The notes beneath the pieces are model-generated. The model saw nothing but the letters and a program-made list of their open reading frames with translations, did not search any database and had not been told where the DNA came from. Source: Candidatus Nomurabacteria bacterium (GTDB taxonomy: Bacteria; Patescibacteriota; Minisyncoccia; Phycocordibacterales; CAIZLB01). Taken from it: 64,000 nucleotides of DNA. The position numbers were made by a program, and so were the translations under genes. The stretch lies in assembly GCA_943356525.1 (NCBI GenBank), contig CALRFG010000001.1, positions 7,278 through 71,277 of the forward strand, read 5' to 3'. Positions 37,659 through 47,794 of the stretch are shown here, in pieces; within the stretch, counting starts at the first letter, position 1, and every line of letters begins with the position of its first letter.

Positions 37659-38858
37659 TTAATTAGTGTTTACTTTCTCTAATGTTTTATCAATAGCTAC
37701 TGTTATAAGTTGATCAACTAGTGCTGTTACAACTTGATCAAATTTATCAACTAAAAGAAGTCTATTTGTACCAATTTCTAAAGATGACTGTGCCTTCCCT
37801 AGTATGATTTTACCAGGTGTCGTTATAGGACATTTTGATTTATCTTTTTCTGTACCTTCACATTTTCTAAAACTTAGAATACCGTCATTCCAGTTCAACT
37901 CTGTAGTCTTACTTAGTTTAACTGCAGCTACCTGACTGTATAAGTTTTCATTTGTTCTAAAATATGTATCATAAGGGTTGTTGTTTGGGTTTTGTGTTAA
38001 CTGAAACCAAGTATTCCAACCACCACCTTCGGTAAAATTACCACCTAAAAATGCATTTAATTGACCCGGGTTTTGATCAAAAGGGCAACCGTTAAAATTA
38101 TTTTGACCTTGTTGACCATATCCACCATTTTCATAACCTTGTTGACCATAATAGTTTTGTTTATTTCTTCCATATCTACTTAATATAGATGAAACTATTG
38201 TACCTTTAAAAGCACCGCATACGTTTGAGTTAACACCATATGCCAAATTCTGTATAAAAGCTCTTTTTTCTGCATTAGCAAGATCGGTAAAAAATTGATC
38301 AGGATTTGTTAAAAAAGCTGGATTACCTTCAAAACCTGTGTTAATCCACTGTATAGTAGAGTCTGCGATATATACAAGCATTGAGTTAACTATACAATAA
38401 GCCATAGCATCCCAACTGGGTAATGCCATTGATCCTATACCCCCTATACCTAAAACTGTACCAACCCTAGCACTAGTTTCTGTTGTTATATTTGCCTTAA
38501 CAATACCGCTTTCTGCTGTAGGTACATTTAAAAGACTGTCTGTTACAGTACTTTCTGCACCTGTTACAGCTGATACTATTGCCTTTGATAAAATTTGTGA
38601 ACCAATGCAACTTGCTACACCTCCTATGGCCTGAGCTATCGCCGGGTTTGAGTTTGGAGATGAGCTTGCTTGTGAAGTTGCAAGTACACTATCTTGTATT
38701 TGACTATTTATATACTCTGGAGTCAATGTATTTTCATTAACTACAATTGCCCTAGGTGCATTGGTAGTATCCACTGTCTGTGCAAAAACTATAGCAGGAC
38801 TAAAAACTAAAATAAATATTATTATCGAAACTATTATTTTTTCTAAAGTTTTTTTCAT
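37659..38858 (-). CDS. Secreted T4SS-cluster hypothetical protein
   Basis: Signal peptide; WINTGFEGNPAF, GGW..W, NNPY and ITTPG motifs. Confidence 0.75.
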   Translation of the reverse strand: MKKTLEKIIVSIIIFILVFSPAIVFAQTVDTTNAPRAIVVNENTLTPEYINSQIQDSVLATSQASSSPNSNPAIAQAIGGVASCIGSQILSKAIVSAVTGAESTVTDSLLNVPTAESGIVKANITTETSARVGTVLGIGGIGSMALPSWDAMAYCIVNSMLVYIADSTIQWINTGFEGNPAFLTNPDQFFTDLANAEKRAFIQNLAYGVNSNVCGAFKGTIVSSILSRYGRNKQNYYGQQGYENGGYGQQGQNNFNGCPFDQNPGQLNAFLGGNFTEGGGWNTWFQLTQNPNNNPYDTYFRTNENLYSQVAAVKLSKTTELNWNDGILSFRKCEGTEKDKSKCPITTPGKIILGKAQSSLEIGTNRLLLVDKFDQVVTALVDQLITVAIDKTLEKVNTN

Positions 38859-38863
38859 TTTTT

Positions 38864-39706
38864 TTATTCTAGTTTTATAGATGTGTTATTTACATTATTT
38901 GATATCCAAAAAAATCCAGGATCACTCTCAGTATAATCTATTTTATTAAGTATAATGGTTTTTTTTATTTTTTCAAAACTTATCAAAACTTCATTTGTTG
39001 CAACTTTAATTTTGTTTAGTCCTAAAAGAGCTTTTGCTGGATCTGTTAATTGTTGATCCATCATGATTAAACCTTCACTATATTTTTTTAAACCATTAAT
39101 TAAAATTATATGATTATCAGATAAAGATTCAGGTACTTCTGTCATTGTTAAAAGTTCTGCTGTTTTCTTATATATACTTGCAATATATGGGGTTTTATTT
39201 GTTTTATTATTTAATGAGTTTATTCCTTTATTTGTAGCATTTTGTATAACAGCAATATTATTTCCGTACACCTTTAGATTATTTATATTTGAAGAAACTA
39301 TTTTTATATCACTGTAAATTACAGGGTTTTCTAATTCATTTTTTGTTTTTAAAACACTTTCGGTAGCATCTAAAACATCATCCTTATTAATTTCACCAGA
39401 AGCATTGTATTTTATATATTGAGTAAAAATATCTTTTGATAGTCCATCACTTAAATTGTCGGTACTATTTTTTTTAAAACTATCTGAAAACCTTTCAAGA
39501 TATTTAACATTTTCATTAACAACTGTTTCTAATATATTAGCTTGATATTGATCAGCTTTTGTTTGCATTTTTCCACTAGAGTCAGCAACTACATTATCAG
39601 AGTTATTAGCTTCTATTTTATTTTTATAAGTTACGGCAAAAACTATTATTAGTGATACCACACAAACTGAAATAATGTTTAAAGTCTTCTTATTCATTAA
39701 TATCAT
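38864..39706 (-). CDS. Membrane-anchored hypothetical protein
   Basis: N-terminal TM segment; overlaps the rsmA stop codon. Confidence 0.75.
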   Translation of the reverse strand: MILMNKKTLNIISVCVVSLIIVFAVTYKNKIEANNSDNVVADSSGKMQTKADQYQANILETVVNENVKYLERFSDSFKKNSTDNLSDGLSKDIFTQYIKYNASGEINKDDVLDATESVLKTKNELENPVIYSDIKIVSSNINNLKVYGNNIAVIQNATNKGINSLNNKTNKTPYIASIYKKTAELLTMTEVPESLSDNHIILINGLKKYSEGLIMMDQQLTDPAKALLGLNKIKVATNEVLISFEKIKKTIILNKIDYTESDPGFFWISNNVNNTSIKLE

Positions 39707-40502
39707 TATATACCAATTTTGTTATATAAATCCAATCAACAGGTATTATGTTTTCCGGTCTTTCTTTTTTAAACTTATCATCAGTTATTTTTAAGGTAGA
39801 ACCAAGCTGTTTTCTTTTACTGTTGAATGCTTTTTTTGCTGTTTCCCAGTATTTTTTTTCTATATATTTTATACTCGCTTTTGTCTCATTTTCAAATATG
39901 TTTTTGTTTATATTTTTTATTATCAAAACAGCAGAATCAACTTTCGGCGCTGGGACAAAATTTCCTTTTGACACTTTCATAAAAATGTAAGGTTCGCCAT
40001 ATGTTTTAATACCCAAAGAAAATAAACTCATCTTTTTGTCCATTGCCCTGTCCGCTATCTCTTTTTGAACCATAAAAATCATAGTTTTTGGTTGATTTTT
40101 GGCTTCTAGGAACTTTTTAAATATAAAACCGGTGAGATAATAGGGTATGTTTGCGATTATTACATAATCTTGAGATATTTTATCTTGTTTTTTGTCATCT
40201 ATGTCAAAAAGCCTTATATCTTGGTGTATTATTTCCAGATTTTTAGTTGTTTTAATATTTTTTTCAAACCTTTCATTCAACAAAGGTATTGCCCTATCGT
40301 CTGTTTCTATACAAATAAGCTTATTTTTTGGGAATATTTTAAGTATTTCAGCGGTCAACTCCCCTGTTCCTGGGCCTATTTCTATGATATTTGTATTTTC
40401 ACCTATATACTGCTTGGCTTCTTCAACAATTTTCTTTATTATGGTCGTATTTTTCAGGAAATTTTGACCCAATGATTTTTTAGCTTCTAAGTTATATTCC
40501 AT
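39690..40502 (-). CDS. rsmA: 16S rRNA m6,2A dimethyltransferase
   Basis: KKSLGQNFL, IEIGPGTGELT, ANIPY and PAPKVDSA motifs. Start placed at MEYNL. Confidence 0.96.
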   Translation of the reverse strand: MEYNLEAKKSLGQNFLKNTTIIKKIVEEAKQYIGENTNIIEIGPGTGELTAEILKIFPKNKLICIETDDRAIPLLNERFEKNIKTTKNLEIIHQDIRLFDIDDKKQDKISQDYVIIANIPYYLTGFIFKKFLEAKNQPKTMIFMVQKEIADRAMDKKMSLFSLGIKTYGEPYIFMKVSKGNFVPAPKVDSAVLIIKNINKNIFENETKASIKYIEKKYWETAKKAFNSKRKQLGSTLKITDDKFKKERPENIIPVDWIYITKLVYNDINE

Positions 40503-40513
40503 ATTACCCCAAT

Positions 40514-42520
40514 TTACCAATCTATCTCAGATAAGTCTAGTAAATCGCGTTTATCGCCATTGTCTTTGTTACCATTATTTGACCCATAAACTTTGTTATA
40601 TGTGGTGTTATCATTGTGATCTATCAGTTTTTCATTTATATCTTTTATAAAATTTGACATAGTTCTTACTTGACGTGCTCCAAATATTGTTCTTATTATT
40701 GCATTTGATAGATGCAACTTTTTCTTTGCTCTGGTTAGGGCTACATAGAAAAGCCTTCTCTCCTCCTCATCATCTCTGTCTGCACTGGTTTCATTTGCTC
40801 TTTCATATGGAAATAAACTTTCTTCCATTCCAACTATAAAAACATAATCATACTCTAAACCTTTTGATGCGTGAACCGTCATAAGTCTAACTTTGTTTTG
40901 TTGATCTTTTTTATCAAGCTCATCTTGATCTGACATAAGTGAAGTTTCTTCAAGGAAAAGTTCTAAAGCTTCTTCTGGTTCAAATCCATCATATTTTGTT
41001 GTTAAGGAAATAAGTTCTTTTATGTTTTCTAGCTTTTCTAAATCATCCTCACTTTTTGTTAAATATGATTTTTCTATACCAGAATTTTTAAAAATATATT
41101 TAAAAACCTCAGAAAGTTTTTCTGTTTTTGTTTTATTTTCTATAACATCCAGTAATGCAAAATACTCCTTAACTTTTATTTGCGTTGCTTGGGTTAAATC
41201 TTTTATTCTATCTTCAACTATTTTTATTAAACTAACTGCACCTATACCACGTGCTGGAGTATTAATTGTTCTTTTAATATCCGTAATCGAATCTCTGTTA
41301 ACAGCAGCTTTAAGATATGAAATCATATCCTTTATTTCTTTTCTTTCAAAAAACCTTACTCCTAAAACTTGATATGGAACATTAAACATAAGACATGATT
41401 CTTCTAATACACGAGATTGGAAGTTTGCACGATAAAGTACAGCTATTTCTTTTGGCTCTACGCCCTGCTGTATAAGGCTTTTTATTTTTCCTATAACATA
41501 TCTTGATTCATCAACTTCATCAAAACCTGTATAAACCTCTATCTTATCTCCAGATTCTTTTTGTGTAAATAAATTTTTCTTCTTTCTATAAATATTTTTC
41601 TCAATAACATTGTTTGCTGCCTCTATAATATTTGCAGTTGATCTATAATTTTCCTCAAGAAGAACCATTTCTGTTCCAGGAAAATCATTTTCAAATTCTA
41701 ATATATGAGAAATATTCGCACCTCTCCATGAATAAATAGTTTGATCAGCATCACCTACTACTACTATATTTTTATTTTCACCTGCTAAAAGTTTACACAA
41801 TTCATATTGTATAGGGTTTGTATCTTGATACTCATCTACATGTATATATTGCCAAAGATTATTTAGTTTTTGTTTTATTTCCGGATTCTCTTTCATTATT
41901 TTTACAGGTAAAGTAAGTAGATCATCAAAGTCTACATTTTTTTCTTTTCGTAGTTCAGCATCATACTGCGCCCAAACAGCTTGTACTGTTTCACCTAAAA
42001 AACCATCATGTCCTGATAAGACTTTGGTCGTGTATTCTGCTAAGGTTATGTTTTCACCCTTATTTTTTGATATCATATTTAAAACTTTTGAAGGCTCTAC
42101 TTTTTTAGGATCATGCCCTTTTCTTACAAGTATTTCTTTCACTTTTTTACGACTATCATCGCGGTCTAGTATGGTAAAGTTTTTATTTATACCTTGTGTG
42201 TATCCAAAATTTTTCAAAATATAAACGCCAAGGCTGTGAAATGTAGAAAGAAATGGATGCCTATTCCCTATAACGGCATGCAAGTCTCTATCACCTTCTA
42301 TCATCTGATGAACTCTTTCTCTCATCTCTTTTGCAGCCTTGTTTGTAAAAGTTATTGCTAATATGTTTTCAGGCTGTATACCACTTTTTATCAGATTAAC
42401 TATACGTGTGGTTACTGTTTTAGTCTTTCCTGCCCCGGCACCAGCGATTATAAGTATCGGTCCATTGATCTTTAATACTGCTTTTTGTTGAGCGGGATTT
42501 AATTGGTCTATATAATTCAT
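40514..42520 (-). CDS. pcrA: UvrD/PcrA family DNA helicase
   Basis: AGAGAGKT, VDEYQDTN, VGDADQTIYSWRGA, TVHASKGLE and EEERRLFYVALTRAK motifs. Confidence 0.95.
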   Translation of the reverse strand: MNYIDQLNPAQQKAVLKINGPILIIAGAGAGKTKTVTTRIVNLIKSGIQPENILAITFTNKAAKEMRERVHQMIEGDRDLHAVIGNRHPFLSTFHSLGVYILKNFGYTQGINKNFTILDRDDSRKKVKEILVRKGHDPKKVEPSKVLNMISKNKGENITLAEYTTKVLSGHDGFLGETVQAVWAQYDAELRKEKNVDFDDLLTLPVKIMKENPEIKQKLNNLWQYIHVDEYQDTNPIQYELCKLLAGENKNIVVVGDADQTIYSWRGANISHILEFENDFPGTEMVLLEENYRSTANIIEAANNVIEKNIYRKKKNLFTQKESGDKIEVYTGFDEVDESRYVIGKIKSLIQQGVEPKEIAVLYRANFQSRVLEESCLMFNVPYQVLGVRFFERKEIKDMISYLKAAVNRDSITDIKRTINTPARGIGAVSLIKIVEDRIKDLTQATQIKVKEYFALLDVIENKTKTEKLSEVFKYIFKNSGIEKSYLTKSEDDLEKLENIKELISLTTKYDGFEPEEALELFLEETSLMSDQDELDKKDQQNKVRLMTVHASKGLEYDYVFIVGMEESLFPYERANETSADRDDEEERRLFYVALTRAKKKLHLSNAIIRTIFGARQVRTMSNFIKDINEKLIDHNDNTTYNKVYGSNNGNKDNGDKRDLLDLSEIDW

Positions 42521-43063
42521 TAAGCTTTTATTTGTTTAAAACATTAGATAAAACCTGCTGTTTAAGGTTGCCTGGAGACATTTATCTTTATGTTGTAGGA
42601 TTTTTAATTTTTTATAAATTCGGATAAATACTCTGAATGGAACTTTTATTTCTTGTTTAATATACCATAATCCATCCTCAAGGCATTTAAATATCATCAG
42701 TATTATCTGTTTCTAGACTTTTAATTATATCATCGGTGGTTTTTTTTAGCTAAATTTGGAGCATTCTTGCTTTTATGTGTCAAAACTATACCACACAAAA
42801 TAACTTGATTACAATATATTTTCAATATAACATATAGATTGTGCAATGAGTTTTAACATCCCTTTTTTTTCAGATAGTTAAAGATCATTTTATTCGTTTA
42901 AGATAAAACTATTTTATACAAATCTTCAAATTCACTAGCGGGTTTCCTTATATTTTCAGGGTTATTAACAGGTTTTGTTCAGGTAAATTTAAATAATCAT
43001 ACAATAAGCGCAGGTGGTAAGACTGACGCTAGTTCTTCTTCTGTTTTTGATTTAAACAAAAAC

Positions 43064-44083
43064 TTGGGCTTAACAGAGGGTTTATTACCAGGTGTTTTTT
43101 ATAATATTGAAAAAAACACTTATACTAAGAGTAAAAAACAGAAAATAACAGTAAAAGCTTTTATGTTAGATAAAAAAACCATTGTTATTAAGGGTTTAAA
43201 CGAGGATATGGATAATTTACTTCTAAAAACGATTGATTTAGATATTAAAAACATAGATATATCTACAACGACTTTCGGTACTGATATTATACCTGTAACT
43301 ATTGAAGTGGCCCTAAATGATGACGCTGTGGAGTTAAAATATGATGATAATAGTGATATTGTCGAATACGAAGTTGTTTCAGGTGATAATATAAGCTCTA
43401 TTGCAGACAGGTTTAACGTATCGGTTGACACCGTTTTGTGGGCAAACGACTTAAATTCAAAAAGTAGTATAAAAGTTGGTCAAAAACTAGTTATACTTCC
43501 AGTTTCAGGTATATCATATAAGGTTAAAAGTGGTGATACTTTGAGTGGTCTATCTAATAGATTTGATGTTACAGAAAGGGATATTATCGGATTTAATAAA
43601 ACTGATGGAGATAAATTAATTATTGGTGAAAACATAATTATACCAGGGGGTAAAATAAGTACTCAGGCTAATGTAAATAATCCTATAAAAAACCTAGGTA
43701 AAACAGTTATAGATTCAAATAATAATACAAAAGTTAGTTCTTCTGGCATGATTAGACCTATCAATGGTGTTAAAACCCAAGGTATACACGGTAATAATGG
43801 TGTTGATTTTGGTGCAAACATAGGTACACCTGTTTATGCTGCTCTGGACGGTGTTGTAACTCTTACAAGAGGCGGTGATTCATGGAATGGAGGATATGGT
43901 AATTATATAGTTATAAAGCACAACAACGGTACACAGACATTGTATGCTCACTTGAGTAATATATCAATAAATAAGGGTCAAAATGTAGATAGAGGTCAAG
44001 TTATAGGTAAATCAGGAAACTCTGGTCAGTCAACAGGACCACATCTACACTTCGAGGTTCGCGGCTCTAAAAATCCTTTTTAA
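43064..44083 (+). CDS. Two LysM domains plus M23 family metallopeptidase (true start uncertain)
   Basis: YEVVSGDNISSIA and YKVKSGDTLS; HGNNGVD, HLS and STGPHLHFEVR. Confidence 0.9.
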   Translation: MGLTEGLLPGVFYNIEKNTYTKSKKQKITVKAFMLDKKTIVIKGLNEDMDNLLLKTIDLDIKNIDISTTTFGTDIIPVTIEVALNDDAVELKYDDNSDIVEYEVVSGDNISSIADRFNVSVDTVLWANDLNSKSSIKVGQKLVILPVSGISYKVKSGDTLSGLSNRFDVTERDIIGFNKTDGDKLIIGENIIIPGGKISTQANVNNPIKNLGKTVIDSNNNTKVSSSGMIRPINGVKTQGIHGNNGVDFGANIGTPVYAALDGVVTLTRGGDSWNGGYGNYIVIKHNNGTQTLYAHLSNISINKGQNVDRGQVIGKSGNSGQSTGPHLHFEVRGSKNPF

Positions 44084-45509
44084 GCAGCTGTATTGCCAGA
44101 TCAATATTTTCCTGATTTAGTTTAGGTTCTTCTTCCGTCAATATATGATTAAGTTTAGCTATATCTCTTGCTAGACAAAGTATTTTGTCTAAATAAGCTC
44201 TATCAAGTAAATTAATATTTTTTTCAATAAATATATTTGAGGCATATTCATCAATAATCTTGACCTCTGCATTCCTAAATTTACTTATAATATTGTTCAC
44301 TTTTATATAATCATCTGAAATATAATCTATAGAATTTTCATAAGCTGTATTTATGTGAAAATCAAAAAAACCATTCTCTATTCTCTGTATTCTCTGCCTA
44401 TATTTTAAAATATTTCTTTGTAAACAGAAACATTTATTATTTCCAATATTATTAAAAAAAACATTACTATTACCACATGGACAGGAATTGTAAAAGCAAA
44501 GTATACTGGATGAATTATATTTTTTAATAATATACAGTGATTCTTCACTCATATTCAAAAAATCTTCTATAATATTAAAACCAAATAAGCTTTTATTTAA
44601 TAAATCAGACAAATCATTTTTTTGAGTCTGACTGTCTAGTATTGAAACTTTAGGATAAGTATATGTTTCAAGTATTTGATCATCACTTAAATTTAGCATA
44701 TTTGACATTTTTAGTACCTCAATAGGATTTAGTTTTTTATTATAATATATCAAGTTTTCTATATATTTTTTAATAAATGATTTTTTAGTATTTTCTATAA
44801 ATATATTTCTTTTAGTACAAATTGCTAAAATTATCTTTAGTATATTTATATTCAAGTCTTTAGACGATTTAATTTTAATTAGATTAGTGTCAGGGGTGAT
44901 TTTACAGATACCCTTATCAATACTTTCATTTTCCTTACCTTTAAGAACTGAGTAGCTTTTATTTTTAATATTATTAATTAAGTCACCTAAGTTATTTGAA
45001 GAAATAAATTTGATATTATTTTCTATTATTAATTTCTGTATATCTATCTTATTTTTATCAAGTCTATCAATCTCGACTTGAGTACATACTATAATTTTAA
45101 TATTATTTTTAATAGCTTGATATATAGATCTAATTATAAAATTACCTGGAATTATATTTCCTAGTATTGATAATTCCCCTATAACAATAGCATCTTCATC
45201 AATATTGATTTGATCCATACAAGACAAGTAACTTAAGGCTATTGATAAATCATATATATTCGTTTTCTTAACTATATTAGTAGGTAAAAGGTTAACAGTT
45301 ATTTTCTTATTATCAGATTTTAAATTTACTAGTCTCTGAGACCTAAGTGCTGAGTATATTCTATCTTTAGTGTCTGTAGAGTTTTTTTGATTGATACCTA
45401 ATATAGAAAATCTATAGAGACCATTTAATATTATTGTCTCAATCTCTATGAGGTTAGTTTTATTTAATTCTGTATCTATTGAATATATTTTAATATTATT
45501 TAACATCAA
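44067..45509 (-). CDS. Highly diverged ComM/YifB (Mg-chelatase-like) protein without recognisable Walker motifs
   Basis: KITVNLLP...YDLSIAL...GELSILG N-terminal domain and NSCPCG...C.C zinc motif; GPPGxGKT is absent. Confidence 0.72.
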   Translation of the reverse strand: MMLNNIKIYSIDTELNKTNLIEIETIILNGLYRFSILGINQKNSTDTKDRIYSALRSQRLVNLKSDNKKITVNLLPTNIVKKTNIYDLSIALSYLSCMDQINIDEDAIVIGELSILGNIIPGNFIIRSIYQAIKNNIKIIVCTQVEIDRLDKNKIDIQKLIIENNIKFISSNNLGDLINNIKNKSYSVLKGKENESIDKGICKITPDTNLIKIKSSKDLNINILKIILAICTKRNIFIENTKKSFIKKYIENLIYYNKKLNPIEVLKMSNMLNLSDDQILETYTYPKVSILDSQTQKNDLSDLLNKSLFGFNIIEDFLNMSEESLYIIKKYNSSSILCFYNSCPCGNSNVFFNNIGNNKCFCLQRNILKYRQRIQRIENGFFDFHINTAYENSIDYISDDYIKVNNIISKFRNAEVKIIDEYASNIFIEKNINLLDRAYLDKILCLARDIAKLNHILTEEEPKLNQENIDLAIQLLKKDF

Positions 45510-45609
45510 TTAAATAATACAAAACTATAGATAAAGTTTTCATAAAGAAAATATAAATAAAGTCAGAAGAAAAGATAAGTTTATATAAAAAAACTACTTA
45601 CAAATCTAC

Positions 45610-46671
45610 CTATCTAGATATGTTTTCTTTAAGTAATCTGTTTTTAATATCAAGAAATGATTGATCTCCTGAAGTAATTAATAAGAATTTATTATTAATA
45701 AAACCATAAATAATATTTGTATTACTCTCATTATCTACATACTCTCTAATATCATAATTTTTTAAAATTCTATCCACAAAGACTTTTGTGTTATTCTTGT
45801 AATATTTTTTAGTAATAATCACCGGAGAGCTGCTACTGTTTGTTATAGATGTAGTTGCTGTCATTACTGTTGTTGAAGATGTTGTAGGTGTTAAAGTTAC
45901 TTTATTTAAAATTTCATTATTTCCTATAAATATTTCTTTTAAGTCTATTGGCATAAAACTTTCCCAATCCAGTATTGACTTGAATGCTAAGTCGAAATTA
46001 CTTATTTCTAAAAGTAGATAATTTTCAAACTGACCTCCTTCTCTGGAATATAAGCCAAAAGCATAGTTTTCACTAAAAGACCTTAATAGTGCTTCATTTC
46101 CTGAATATTTAATTTTTTCAAATAATTGCCTTACTTTTAAATTTGAATCTATACCAACATTATTATTAGGTGTTATATTACTATCCAATAATAATTGTTT
46201 TATATTATTCAATTCAGAAATAACCCCCTCCCTTTCTAGTTTTGAAAAATCACTAGATTTTAGTATTTCAGGGTTCAATACATTGTTATACTTCAGCAAT
46301 GGCTGTTGATCACTTAAAGACAAATCTTCAGAAGGATTTGATAAGTCTGATTCAATTTTATTAAACCACAAGTTTTTTGAGTCATATAACATATATAATG
46401 CTATCGATACTAATGAAATTAAAAAAATAACTATTATTAAAATAACTATATTTTTTTTTGAAAAAAAATTATTATCAGACCCTGCACTATTTTTTTTATC
46501 AAAATCTCTACTATAAGTAGAATTTTTAGGATCTGTAATTATTTTTATAATATTCTTACCATAGCTATTATCCATTATGGCCGAAGCAAGATCGCTTTCT
46601 AATGTGTGTATAGAAGGTATTTTTTTTTCTAACTGTATATCATAACCATCGTTTAATTTATTTTCACTCAT
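45610..46671 (-). CDS. Single-TM hypothetical protein
   Basis: 353-aa ORF with one TM segment and a Thr/Ser-rich insert. Confidence 0.75.
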   Translation of the reverse strand: MSENKLNDGYDIQLEKKIPSIHTLESDLASAIMDNSYGKNIIKIITDPKNSTYSRDFDKKNSAGSDNNFFSKKNIVILIIVIFLISLVSIALYMLYDSKNLWFNKIESDLSNPSEDLSLSDQQPLLKYNNVLNPEILKSSDFSKLEREGVISELNNIKQLLLDSNITPNNNVGIDSNLKVRQLFEKIKYSGNEALLRSFSENYAFGLYSREGGQFENYLLLEISNFDLAFKSILDWESFMPIDLKEIFIGNNEILNKVTLTPTTSSTTVMTATTSITNSSSSPVIITKKYYKNNTKVFVDRILKNYDIREYVDNESNTNIIYGFINNKFLLITSGDQSFLDIKNRLLKENISR

Positions 46672-46684
46672 ACTTATTATTATT

Positions 46685-47290
46685 TTATTTTAAATCAGAG
46701 TCAGTTTGATTAAATTTTTTTAACCCCCTTTTACTTCCAGATGTGATATTTTGTCTAGTACTATTGTTTTTAGAGCTTGTTTTACTATAAAAAAGATATC
46801 TAGAAGGGTTTTCAGATAAATCAATAAATTCATCAGCATGTTCTTTTACCATTGATGATGCAGATTTACCAAAAGCCACAACCTCAACCCTACACCCAAA
46901 AGTTCCTTGTAGATATTGGACAAGGTGTACAAAATCACCATCCCCAGATGCTATGATAACTACATCAAGTTTAGGCGCTAATCGAATTGCGTCTATTGCA
47001 AGACCTACATCCCAGTCAGCCTTTTTTGATCCGCTACTAAAAATCTGTATGTCTTTTATTTTAGTTTCGATTCCCATTTTTTCAAGCGCATCAAAAAAAT
47101 TCTGCTCTTCAATAGAATCTGTGTTAATCACATATGCAACAGCTCTAATTAGGTTTCTTTCTGCTAGAATATCTGTAATTATATTTTGAAAATTAACCTT
47201 AGATCTATATAAATTTTTTGCTCCATGGTACAGGTTTTGAGTATCAATAAAAATACCTACCCTTTGCCCTTTATGTTTTAAATTTTCCAT
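46685..47290 (-). CDS. NYN domain (LabA/DUF88) protein
   Basis: IFIDTQNLY, KADWDVGLAID and SGDGDF motifs. Confidence 0.92.
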   Translation of the reverse strand: MENLKHKGQRVGIFIDTQNLYHGAKNLYRSKVNFQNIITDILAERNLIRAVAYVINTDSIEEQNFFDALEKMGIETKIKDIQIFSSGSKKADWDVGLAIDAIRLAPKLDVVIIASGDGDFVHLVQYLQGTFGCRVEVVAFGKSASSMVKEHADEFIDLSENPSRYLFYSKTSSKNNSTRQNITSGSKRGLKKFNQTDSDLK

Positions 47291-47323
47291 ATGGTTTAAT
47301 TATATATTAATTAGTAAATAATT

Positions 47324-47353
47324 AAAAATAACCTTGTCGTCAAGGTTATTTTT
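47324..47353 (-). terminator. Terminator after rpsO
   Basis: AAAAATAACCTTG-TCGT-CAAGGTTATTTTT. Confidence 0.85.
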
Positions 47354-47371
47354 AGGTTTTAAAACTTAATC

Positions 47372-47635
47372 TTATTTAGATTTAGATACCTTAACAGATG
47401 CAATATGCCTAGTGGAATCAGATTTTTTTATATATTTTAAATGAGATAACCTTTTTGAAACCATTTTTAACAATCCTCTTCTTGAACTATTGTCTTTTTT
47501 ATGAACTTTCAAGTGATCTGCTAGTTGATTTATTCTTTCTGTAAGTATACCAACTTGAACATCAGAAGAACCTGTGTCTTTGTCATGTAATTTAGTTTTC
47601 GCTATAACTTTAGCTTTTTTAGTTTTAGAAATCAT
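47372..47635 (-). CDS. rpsO: 30S ribosomal protein S15
   Basis: DTGSSDVQV...HLKVHKKDNSSRRGLLKMVSKR. Confidence 0.96.
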   Translation of the reverse strand: MISKTKKAKVIAKTKLHDKDTGSSDVQVGILTERINQLADHLKVHKKDNSSRRGLLKMVSKRLSHLKYIKKSDSTRHIASVKVSKSK

Positions 47636-47794
47636 TAAAACATATTAGCATACAATTAATATTTATGCAAGAACGTAAACCTTTTAATTTAATACTATGA
47701 TGTCATAAAGTGCTGTTATGTAGGTACATTTGTATATGAAGAATAAATCATCAATAATGAAGATTTTTAAATTAAAATGGTATAATTAACTATA

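Noticed and set aside
42521-42790. Possible small gene upstream of pcrA
   Set aside because: The minus-strand frames I checked were interrupted by stops and had no recognisable motif.
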